64,000 nucleotides of DNA from Flavobacteriaceae bacterium (lineage in GTDB: Bacteria > Bacteroidota > Bacteroidia > Flavobacteriales > Flavobacteriaceae): contig JALRDO010000002.1 of the NCBI GenBank assembly GCA_023262185.1, positions 14,044 through 78,043 of the forward strand. Direction: 5' to 3'. The notes under the pieces are model-generated. The model ran no database searches and was not told the DNA's origin. It saw nothing but the letters and a program-made list of their open reading frames with translations. The position numbers and the translations under genes are program-made. Positions within the stretch are counted from its first letter, which is position 1, and each line of letters opens with the position of its first letter. Below, in pieces: positions 17,972-26,213 of this stretch.

Positions 17972-17987
17972 AGTGACTTGGGTTACA
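17972..17987 (-). promoter_or_regulatory. dyad aGTGACttggGTTACa (candidate Crp/Fnr operator, site D) upstream of the regulator gene
   Basis: One mismatch from symmetry. 29 nt lie between the dyad centre and a TAGTTTTA -7-like box. Confidence 0.5.
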
Positions 17988-18002
17988 CTTAGGGTATAAA
18001 AC

Positions 18003-18030
18003 AAAAAAAGCGCCCACAAGGAGCGCTTTT
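18003..18030 (-). terminator. intrinsic terminator after the TonB-dependent receptor gene
   Basis: agcgc(cc)...(gg)a gcgct stem, followed on the minus strand by T7. Confidence 0.7.
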
Positions 18031-18049
18031 ATAGTTGAAGTGAAAGATC

Positions 18050-20581
18050 TTAGAGGTTTACGCGAAGCGTAGCGTTCCAAGTTCTTCCGAATCCGAACCA
18101 TACTGAGTTACGGACGTCAACACCGTTCCAAGTTTGAGAACTTGAAGTAGCGTGGATGTTTGTATTTGACTCAGCGATATATACTGTGTCCAACAAGTTA
18201 TTAATGTTTACTCTGAAGCTTGCGTTGTTTCCGAAAAGATCGAAACGGGCCATGGCTCCGAAGTCAATCAATCCGTACGATGGAAGCTTAACCGCTCCAT
18301 CATTGTTAGCTTCTAAGAAAGCTGAATCAACGATGCTGTAGTCAGCGTAAAGACCATCCACAAAGCGATACCCTAAATCAAATGAAATATTGTTTCCAAC
18401 TTTCTGCATGGCTTCAGCATAGAATACAAATTGAGCGGCATCACCCACTTTGGCATCCTTAATGTAAATTGTTCCTTCACCAATTTTTTGATTAGTATCA
18501 TCATATACTTCCGAAGAGAAGTCTTTGGTGTACTTCCAATTACCAGCAGATAACATACCTTTTAATCTGAAGTCTGGGGTGGTGTAATAGGTAGCTTCAA
18601 GTTCTAGTCCTTGATGTAAAACATCTACATCCTTAAATTGAGCTGTTCCTGAAGTGCCCCCATCCAAAGTAAAGCCTCTTGATATAAATCTATTTCCCCA
18701 AACTGTTGAGTAGAGATTCGCATTTAATTTAAAATCTGAACCTATGTATCCGTATCCCGCTTCAACAGATGTAATTTTTTCATTCTGCAAATCAGGGTTT
18801 ATTTTATTCGCGAAACCAGGGAAAACAGCATCAAATAATGGTTGACGAGAAATATATCCAGCATTTACGAAAAGATTGTTACTTGAATCTAAATTAATAT
18901 TTGCTCCACCCTTAACGTATCCACCAGGTGAATTTTGAACTGCAGAAATAGGATTGCCAACTTGATCAAAGTAGTCAACACGCTGGTAACTTTGACTTGA
19001 AAGACCAGCTTGAAGTACTGAAGTAAATTTATCGTCGTTGTTGTATTCAACCAATCCGTTAAATCCAGCCCACTTTACAATTCCTAGGTTGTAGTAATCG
19101 ATTTTTGGACCGCGGATTCCTGTTTTTCTGAAAGGATCAGCAGCTACAGTGGTTTCAATAATCAACCCTGATGTATTTTTATTTCCAGTAGAATAGTATC
19201 CATCTAGACCTAAAAGATCATTTAATACCCTATAGTGGTACCCTGTGTAAGAGCGTAAATCAACTCCAAAAGAATAACGGAATTTGTCGGCACGAATGTC
19301 AAGTGAAGAGATCGCACCTACCCAGTCATGAGAGTTCATTGAAGCACGACGAATCATAATTTCTCGGCTTACTCCATCATTTCTAAATCCATTTGATCCA
19401 ATGAGTTTTCCCGAGTATCCAGAAATGGCTCCTGAATAGGGCTTTGCATTAGCTCTATTAGTAGCAACTACTGCGTCAAAATTAATAGTTCCGTCAGGGA
19501 ATCGAGTTCCTCTTCCATTTTCTAAGTAATGAGTGGTTAAGTCAATATTATATGGATACATATCGATAGCTTTGTTACGGAAGTTGCTTCCTCGAGGCCC
19601 AGTTCCACCTCCGCGACCAGCTGATGCGTATACCGAGGTGTTCAACTGAACGTTGTCAGAAATATCCCAATCCCAGTTAAAAGTAGCCAACGGTTTGTTG
19701 TAGAAATTTCTTCTCATGTTGTATTCTTCCCCATTCAAAATACCTCCGTTGGTGTTCCAGCGACGATCGATACCGTCTTTGTGGTCCGTACCAAAATTTT
19801 GGTAGTCACGGATAGAAACCCAGGCGTCACGCTGATGGTGCCATTGTCCAGCTCCTAACATTGTTAGGTTGAAGTTGTGGTTTGACCCTTCAGGACTGTA
19901 TCCTACAGAGGCAAAATACGTCCAACCTTCTCCTTGAGTAGAGTTGATGTAACCGTCACCCTTCCAGTAGGTAAGAAGTAATGAAGTAGCCCATCCTTTC
20001 TCATTGGTACCTGTGTTGTGAACTGCAGTGGTTTTAGTATAACCGTCGTTACCCAACATCTGAGCGAATACTCCCCCAGCTTGACGATCTGCAGCTTTAG
20101 TGAAGATCGAAACCGTACCACCAACAGAAGGCACAGCCAATCTTGAAGCTCCAAGACCTCTTTGAATTTGGATGCTAGAAGTCACATCGGTAAGACCTTG
20201 CCAGTTTGACCAGTAAACCCATCCGTTTTCCATATCGTTCACGGGTTGACCGTTAATAAGGAATGCAGTGTTACTTTGAGAAAATCCGCGAAGACTGATA
20301 CGGCTATCTCCGTATCCTCCACCTTGTTTGGTGGCGTACACCCCTGGGGTGTTGTTCATAATTTCAGGAAATTCGAGGTTACCCACTTTAAATGCAACAT
20401 CATTTGCTGTAATGGTAGATACAGCTACAGGAGTAACACGTTCCTTTGCAACATCGATCACACGAGAAGAAACAACAACTTCTTCCAATTCTTGGATCAA
20501 CATTGAATCACTTTCTTGTTGCGCTTGAGCTGAAGCAATTAAAACAGCTGAGAAGGCCAACAGTGAAAAGAATTTTTTCAT
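18050..20581 (-). CDS. TonB-dependent outer membrane receptor
   Basis: Signal peptide ending ASAQA, a plug domain (SLRGF, INGQPVND), and a long beta-barrel. Confidence 0.85.
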   Translation of the reverse strand: MKKFFSLLAFSAVLIASAQAQQESDSMLIQELEEVVVSSRVIDVAKERVTPVAVSTITANDVAFKVGNLEFPEIMNNTPGVYATKQGGGYGDSRISLRGFSQSNTAFLINGQPVNDMENGWVYWSNWQGLTDVTSSIQIQRGLGASRLAVPSVGGTVSIFTKAADRQAGGVFAQMLGNDGYTKTTAVHNTGTNEKGWATSLLLTYWKGDGYINSTQGEGWTYFASVGYSPEGSNHNFNLTMLGAGQWHHQRDAWVSIRDYQNFGTDHKDGIDRRWNTNGGILNGEEYNMRRNFYNKPLATFNWDWDISDNVQLNTSVYASAGRGGGTGPRGSNFRNKAIDMYPYNIDLTTHYLENGRGTRFPDGTINFDAVVATNRANAKPYSGAISGYSGKLIGSNGFRNDGVSREIMIRRASMNSHDWVGAISSLDIRADKFRYSFGVDLRSYTGYHYRVLNDLLGLDGYYSTGNKNTSGLIIETTVAADPFRKTGIRGPKIDYYNLGIVKWAGFNGLVEYNNDDKFTSVLQAGLSSQSYQRVDYFDQVGNPISAVQNSPGGYVKGGANINLDSSNNLFVNAGYISRQPLFDAVFPGFANKINPDLQNEKITSVEAGYGYIGSDFKLNANLYSTVWGNRFISRGFTLDGGTSGTAQFKDVDVLHQGLELEATYYTTPDFRLKGMLSAGNWKYTKDFSSEVYDDTNQKIGEGTIYIKDAKVGDAAQFVFYAEAMQKVGNNISFDLGYRFVDGLYADYSIVDSAFLEANNDGAVKLPSYGLIDFGAMARFDLFGNNASFRVNINNLLDTVYIAESNTNIHATSSSQTWNGVDVRNSVWFGFGRTWNATLRVNL

Positions 20582-20611
20582 GTTAAATGAGATTTTTTAC
20601 GTTTTATAAAG

Positions 20612-20619
20612 CAAAAATA
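20612..20619 (-). promoter_or_regulatory. -7 promoter box TATTTTTG for the TonB-dependent receptor
   Basis: Exact TAnnTTTG match, about 30 nt before the start codon. Confidence 0.5.
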
Positions 20620-20752
20620 AGTCTACAATTTCTACAAAAGTTAAGTCCATATTAAATCATTCATATATTTATCAACCGTTTTTTGTTTAATATTTTGATT
20701 AAAAATTCTAACAATAAAAATTAACTAATCCCCGACATTCATTAAAACATGC

Positions 20753-20760
20753 TAAATTTG
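20753..20760 (+). promoter_or_regulatory. -7 promoter box TAAATTTG for susC/susD
   Basis: Exact TAnnTTTG match, 20 nt before the ATG. Confidence 0.55.
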
Positions 20761-20780
20761 AATTTCTAAACACTAATGAG

Positions 20781-23700
20781 ATGAAAAAACTTTTATTAAC
20801 AATTTTGCTTATAACCGCCACAATTGCTGTGACGTTTGCGCAGAGCAGAGTTTCTGGTACAGTTTACGACGAGACAGGACAACCTCTTCCTGGAGCAACA
20901 ATCGCAGTAAAGGGAACCTCATTTGGCGTAGCCACTGATTTTGATGGAAACTTTGCAATAAATGCAGAGAACACTCAAGTGCTTGTGGTGAGCTATATTG
21001 GCTACAAAAATCAGGAGGTCACTGTAGGAGCACAATCAACAATCGAGGTATACCTCGAACTAGGAAACCAGCTTGACGAGGTGGTTGTAACCGGATTTGG
21101 ACGTGAATCAAAGAAATCATTCGCGGGTGCTGCCAAAGTTGTAACTGGGGAAAACATAAGTCAAAAATCCTTCACTAATGTTTCGCAGGCACTTGCAGGA
21201 GAGGCAGCTGGGGTAAACGTTATAAGAACATCTGGACTTCCTGGATCTAGTTCGACGGTTCGAATTCGTGGTTTTGGTTCTATTAATGGAAATGCCGATC
21301 CCCTCTATATTGTGGATGATGCACCCTTCCAAGGATCATTAAACGACATTAACCCTAACGATATAGCTTCAGTAACCGTGCTAAAGGACGCTTCGGCAAC
21401 TGCCCTTTACGGTTCTCAAGGTGCAAGTGGGGTAATCGTTATCACAACCAAAAAAGGTTCTGACTTAGGTGATAAAATTGATGTTACGATTAAATCGGGT
21501 ACCAACTATGAGGGTATGCCGAGATATGACCGTATTTCTTCGCCTGAAGAATATATGAATATCACTTGGGATGGTCTATATCAAAGAGGTCGTCAATTAA
21601 TTGATTCGGGTGAGGTAAGCACAGATGACTACGCCAACGCAACGATTTATGCAAATGAAAGAATTTTTGGTCCGGCAGGTATTGACCCAATGTATAACAT
21701 GTGGGCCAAATCTCCTGCAGGAACAACTACAAGGCCGGATTGGGGGTATTACTCTAGAAGGTATACGCCTGAGGATTGGAATGAATATGCATTCCAAGAT
21801 GCTAGCCGCCAAGAAGTTTTTGTAGGTATTTCAAATTCATCAGATAGATCTTCGGTTTATTCATCATTTGGTTACATTGATGATCAGTCCTATGCTATTA
21901 ATTCAGATTACAAGCGTATAAATGCTAGAATGAGATCTAACCAAAAGTTTGGAAAGTCAATAGAAATTTCAAACACTTTGGCTTACAATTACGACATTAC
22001 GAATAATGCAGGTAACGTAAGTAACTCTAGCAGCCAGTTCTGGTGGGTAAATAACTTACCTCCTATTTATCCCTTATTCTTAAGAGATGATGATGGTAAA
22101 AAAATTGAAGATCCCATTTATGGAGGATACCTATACGATTATGGACTTCAAAGAGGATTTGGTCCCTTAACTAATGGAGTAGCTGACTCCTTTTTAGATG
22201 TTAATAGAACCAAATCACATGCCATTAATTTTAACCAAGAATTGCGCGTTGACCTATTTAATGGATTAACCTTTGAGAACAACACAGCAGTTCAATACAC
22301 CATGTCGAATTATGACAATCTGAATGAACCTTTTTACAGCCCTTCTAAAGGAGCCGGAGGAAGTATATATAAGTCTAAGTCGCAAACTGTAAATTATTCT
22401 ATCCGTACCGGTTTGCGCTATGAAAAGGATTGGGACGATTTTACAATGGACATGTTTGTAAATCATTTGTCTCAGAAATATGAGAATAATTTTATGGCTG
22501 CCTCCATGACTAATTTGGTTCGTCCAGATGGTCTAGAATTAGATAACGCGGTTGTACTGCCTTACAATCCATCCTCAGACACTCAAGCTTATTCATTGGA
22601 AAGTTATGTAGGTAATCTAAACTTAGGTTTAAAAGACCGCTATTTCTTAACAGCAAGTTTCAACCATGACGGTTCTTCTCGTTTTGTTAATGAGAAGTGG
22701 GGTAATTTCTATGCTGTTGGACTTTCTTATGTCATTAGTGATGAGTCATTCTTTAATGTAAAGGGAATAGATTATTTAAAAATGCGAGGTAGTTATGGTA
22801 GTATTGGTGAAGCTAGAGGTAACGGTTTCTATCCTGGCTATGACCTTTTCTCTATCCAAAACTTAAATGATAAGGTTTCGCTTTCTTTTGATACAAAAGG
22901 AAATAAGGATCTTACATGGGAACGCGCGGACATGCTTGACTTGGGTCTTGAATTCGGACTATTCTCAGGATTGATTGACGGTGAAATAGGTTACTACCAA
23001 AAAACTATTAACGACATGTTCTTTTCAAGAAGAGTAGGTCCATCTGCAGGATACGCCTTATTAGATGTTAATGATGGAAGCCTAAGTACTTCAGGTATTG
23101 AATTTGATATTGATTTCAATCTTATAAATACCAGAGAATCATCACTTTCTATTGGTCTTATTGGGGAATCATTCGCGGAAAACTTCAACGCATTACCACT
23201 AGATCCATCTACTGGGTTTGAACAAAAATTTCAAGTTGATGGGAATTTTGGATGGGAAGTTGGTAGATCCAGATATGAGTATTATCTAAGGGAGTCTGCA
23301 GGGGTGGATCCAAAAACTGGAAAAGCTCAATGGTATATGAACTTCGTTGATAATGACTTTGATGGTGAGTTCACTACTGGCGATGAAATAGTTCAGTCGC
23401 TTACACAATATTTACTGGATAATCCTACTGCAGCTATTTCAGAGACAAAAACTGATGTATATAATGACGCAACTAGGAGATTTGTGGATAAGCAATTTAT
23501 ACCAGATGTACGTGGAGCCTTTAGATTAAAGGGAAGTCATAAGAACTTCAACCTGACTATGCTTTTTAACTATTCTTTAGGAGGGTATATTTTCGATAAC
23601 GGGTATCAATTATTGATGAGTAATGCCAATCCGGGAAATAACGCATTCCATATTGATATGCGTGATCGTTGGCAAAAAAATGGCGACATTACAGATGTCC

Positions 23701-23990
23701 CAATTTATGACACAAATCTTCAAATAAACCAAAACGGTTCATCAACTCGATTCTTAGTTAAGGGTGATTATATTGCGCTTACTAATATTCGTCTCGGGTA
23801 CAATCTACCTTCTGATTTTATTAACAAAGTTGGTTTTAAAAGGGCCGATATATTTGTGACCGGTGATAATTTATTTGTTACCTCAGCTCGAAGAGGTTTG
23901 AACCCTACCACTTCTCAGACTGGTGGCTCGAACTATTACAAGTACAACCCGCTTTCTACAATCACTTTAGGTATAAACTTAAATTTATAA
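20781..23990 (+). CDS. SusC/RagA-family TonB-linked outer membrane protein
   Basis: Signal peptide, a carboxypeptidase-regulatory-like domain (VSGTVYDETGQPLPGATIAVKG), a plug, and a barrel of about 1000 aa. Confidence 0.9.
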   Translation: MKKLLLTILLITATIAVTFAQSRVSGTVYDETGQPLPGATIAVKGTSFGVATDFDGNFAINAENTQVLVVSYIGYKNQEVTVGAQSTIEVYLELGNQLDEVVVTGFGRESKKSFAGAAKVVTGENISQKSFTNVSQALAGEAAGVNVIRTSGLPGSSSTVRIRGFGSINGNADPLYIVDDAPFQGSLNDINPNDIASVTVLKDASATALYGSQGASGVIVITTKKGSDLGDKIDVTIKSGTNYEGMPRYDRISSPEEYMNITWDGLYQRGRQLIDSGEVSTDDYANATIYANERIFGPAGIDPMYNMWAKSPAGTTTRPDWGYYSRRYTPEDWNEYAFQDASRQEVFVGISNSSDRSSVYSSFGYIDDQSYAINSDYKRINARMRSNQKFGKSIEISNTLAYNYDITNNAGNVSNSSSQFWWVNNLPPIYPLFLRDDDGKKIEDPIYGGYLYDYGLQRGFGPLTNGVADSFLDVNRTKSHAINFNQELRVDLFNGLTFENNTAVQYTMSNYDNLNEPFYSPSKGAGGSIYKSKSQTVNYSIRTGLRYEKDWDDFTMDMFVNHLSQKYENNFMAASMTNLVRPDGLELDNAVVLPYNPSSDTQAYSLESYVGNLNLGLKDRYFLTASFNHDGSSRFVNEKWGNFYAVGLSYVISDESFFNVKGIDYLKMRGSYGSIGEARGNGFYPGYDLFSIQNLNDKVSLSFDTKGNKDLTWERADMLDLGLEFGLFSGLIDGEIGYYQKTINDMFFSRRVGPSAGYALLDVNDGSLSTSGIEFDIDFNLINTRESSLSIGLIGESFAENFNALPLDPSTGFEQKFQVDGNFGWEVGRSRYEYYLRESAGVDPKTGKAQWYMNFVDNDFDGEFTTGDEIVQSLTQYLLDNPTAAISETKTDVYNDATRRFVDKQFIPDVRGAFRLKGSHKNFNLTMLFNYSLGGYIFDNGYQLLMSNANPGNNAFHIDMRDRWQKNGDITDVPIYDTNLQINQNGSSTRFLVKGDYIALTNIRLGYNLPSDFINKVGFKRADIFVTGDNLFVTSARRGLNPTTSQTGGSNYYKYNPLSTITLGINLNL

Positions 23991-23994
23991 CACA

Positions 23995-25494
23995 ATGAAA
24001 ACATTTAAAAGTCTATTATTTGCAGCTGTTACTGTTTTCCTTTTTTCGTGTTCTGAAGAGTTCTTGGAAGAAATTCCAAGAGGTTCGTTGATCTCATCCG
24101 ATGAACTTGGAGAGGTGAGCAAAGTGAATACCGAAATTGGTAATGCAACAGTTGGTGGTATTTATACAACATTCTATTCTTCTGGAGTAGGAGGTTCTAC
24201 TCGTCACTCTGATTTTGGAGTGAAAAGTAATGATATGAATATGGACATGCTCGCAGGAGACATGATTTTAGGGGCAAAACGCTACGGATGGTGGAGATGG
24301 AATTCAGAACTTACTGTAGGAGCTGATTTCGTATCAATAGAAAATTACATTCCATGGAGATTTCTATATCGTGTGGTAAACCTTGCGAATTTGGTTATCG
24401 ATGGCCAGGGAGGCTCAGATGCTGTTCCTGAAACAGATGCTGCAAAAGCTCTAATGGGTCAGGCCAAAGCTGCTAGAGCATGGGCATACTTCAATTTAGT
24501 TCATCTCTATGTAGATGATATTCATTTACGAGATAAACTGGTGTTACCAATTTACACATCCTCTACGGAAAATGTTGGGAAGAGCTCGCTAGGTGAAATT
24601 TATAATTTGATGGAGAAGGATCTGACTGATGCAGTTTCTTACCTTGCAAATTTTCAACGTTCGGCAAAATTTGAAATTAATGCTGATGTGGCGCGCGGAG
24701 TACTTGCTTATGTATATGCTGCCCAAAACAAGTGGTCAAAAGTAAAGGAAACCACAGAGGCGATTGTATTATCAGGTAAATATCCTATTATGGATAGAGA
24801 TGAAATAATAGCAGGCTTTAATGCTGTAAACAATCACCCAGGCATTATGTGGGGAACTGACATCACCACTGATAACGGCATGAATCTTCTTTCTTTCTGG
24901 GGTCACGTTGATTATTATAGCTATAGCTACGCTGGTGTTGGAGATCCAAAGATTATCAATTCAGACTTGTATAATGCCATGGATCCAAGTGATGCTAGAA
25001 GAGGTCAGTTTGGATATACAATTTTTACTCGTAATGGTCCGTTTGCACCAATTCGTAAGTTTTACCGTGAAGGTGCAGCACCTGAATTCAAAAGATTTGG
25101 TGGACCATCAAGTGGCTTTACTTCAGATATTCATTATATGCGAATTTCAGAATTTTGGCTACTTCATGCTGAAGCGTCGGCAGAGTTAGGAGATTTATCT
25201 GCGGCTCAAAGCTCATTAAAAAAGTTATTGGATTTAAGGGTAGACAATTCTTCTTACGTAGATGCACTTTCTCAGTCTGAGTTATTGGATGAGATTTATC
25301 TTCAAACACGTATTGAGCTTTGGGGAGAAGGAAAGTCTTACTTCGCACTTAAGCGTCGTAAGGGAACGGTCACACTTCCTGCTAACCACTTGGATTTCCC
25401 AGGTAGACAATTATCGCACAATGATAATTTGCTCACCTTAGAGATTCCTGAGGCGGAAATTCTTTACAACCCGTTATTGAACGAGCAGAACTAA
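23995..25494 (+). CDS. SusD/RagB-family nutrient-binding outer membrane lipoprotein
   Basis: Lipobox FLFSC. Lies immediately downstream of susC and has the TPR-like SusD composition. Confidence 0.85.
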   Translation: MKTFKSLLFAAVTVFLFSCSEEFLEEIPRGSLISSDELGEVSKVNTEIGNATVGGIYTTFYSSGVGGSTRHSDFGVKSNDMNMDMLAGDMILGAKRYGWWRWNSELTVGADFVSIENYIPWRFLYRVVNLANLVIDGQGGSDAVPETDAAKALMGQAKAARAWAYFNLVHLYVDDIHLRDKLVLPIYTSSTENVGKSSLGEIYNLMEKDLTDAVSYLANFQRSAKFEINADVARGVLAYVYAAQNKWSKVKETTEAIVLSGKYPIMDRDEIIAGFNAVNNHPGIMWGTDITTDNGMNLLSFWGHVDYYSYSYAGVGDPKIINSDLYNAMDPSDARRGQFGYTIFTRNGPFAPIRKFYREGAAPEFKRFGGPSSGFTSDIHYMRISEFWLLHAEASAELGDLSAAQSSLKKLLDLRVDNSSYVDALSQSELLDEIYLQTRIELWGEGKSYFALKRRKGTVTLPANHLDFPGRQLSHNDNLLTLEIPEAEILYNPLLNEQN

Positions 25495-25513
25495 GATTCT
25501 GTTTCTAGAATAG

Positions 25514-25546
25514 AAAAAGCCCGGATCGATTGGTTCGGGCTTTTTT
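25514..25546 (+). terminator. intrinsic terminator after susD
   Basis: gcccgga/ttcgggc stem followed by T6. Confidence 0.75.
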
Positions 25547-25617
25547 GTTTGGTGATAACGGAACGGGATTGCTTAACCTTTCGGTTAAGCGGCCCAAAGG
25601 GAGACCACTACATCAAA

Positions 25618-25659
25618 AGAAAGAAAACCGGCTCACTTTTGTGAGCCGGTTTTCTTTCT
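25618..25659 (-). terminator. long hairpin downstream of tRNA-Asp
   Basis: 18-bp inverted repeat agaaagaaaaccggctca / tgagccggttttctttct. Confidence 0.6.
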
Positions 25660-25667
25660 ATTGATGC

Positions 25668-25741
25668 GGTCTGGACGGGACTCGAACCCGCGACCCCCTG
25701 CGTGACAGGCAGGTATTCTAACCAACTGAACTACCAGACCT
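25668..25741 (-). tRNA. tRNA-Asp (anticodon GTC)
   Basis: Folded by hand on the minus strand. Acceptor ggtctgg/ccagacc, anticodon stem cctgc/gcagg with loop ctGTCac, T arm gcggg-ttcgagt-cccgt. Confidence 0.9.
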
Positions 25742-25777
25742 TAGCTTTGTAGCCTTATGAGAGGCTTAAGCGGGGGC

Positions 25778-25785
25778 AAATATAA
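25778..25785 (-). promoter_or_regulatory. -7 promoter box TATATTTG for tRNA-Asp
   Basis: Exact TAnnTTTG match on the minus strand, 36 nt upstream of the tRNA. Confidence 0.5.
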
Positions 25786-25844
25786 ACTATTATGGTTCCT
25801 ATCACCAAAAAAAGTTTAAAAAGATCGCCCCTTATCTATGGGGT

Positions 25845-26162
25845 TTACAGTGCGGCGTCTATCGCCTCTGCGTAAACATTTTTGGCAGCTACTCCTACTT
25901 GGCGGTTTACGATCTCTCCGTCCTTAAAAACGAGAACAGTAGGGATGTTTCGTACTCCGTATTTCGCAGCGAACTGTTGGTGGTTATCTACGTCTACTTT
26001 ACCTACGACAGCTTTGCCTTCATAGTCTTGTGCAAGCTCTTCGATGATCGGACCTACCATACGACAAGGACCACACCATGCAGCCCAGAAATCTACCACT
26101 ACGGGTTTGTCTGATTTTAGTACGACTTCTTCAAATGATGCGTCAGTTATTTCTAATGCCAT
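25845..26162 (-). CDS. trxA: thioredoxin
   Basis: WAAWCGPCR active site, 105 aa. Confidence 0.95.
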   Translation of the reverse strand: MALEITDASFEEVVLKSDKPVVVDFWAAWCGPCRMVGPIIEELAQDYEGKAVVGKVDVDNHQQFAAKYGVRNIPTVLVFKDGEIVNRQVGVAAKNVYAEAIDAAL

Positions 26163-26213
26163 AAAACTAAAATTGTTTATCGTGCAAAGTTATGCAATTA
26201 TGCTGCTTAAATG

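Noticed and set aside
22012-22025. GTAAC-gtaa-GTAAC, a full match to the GTnAC-N4-GTTAC pattern on the minus strand, inside susC.
   Set aside because: It is located deep in a coding region with no promoter context. About 0.5 chance matches are expected in 64 kb, so I treat it as the random background.
25551-25617. An 8-bp hairpin gcttaacc-tttc-ggttaagc in the 70-nt spacer between the susD terminator and the tRNA-Asp terminator, considered as a possible sRNA.
   Set aside because: There is no promoter box on either strand, no terminator of its own, and no resemblance to any RNA family I recognise.
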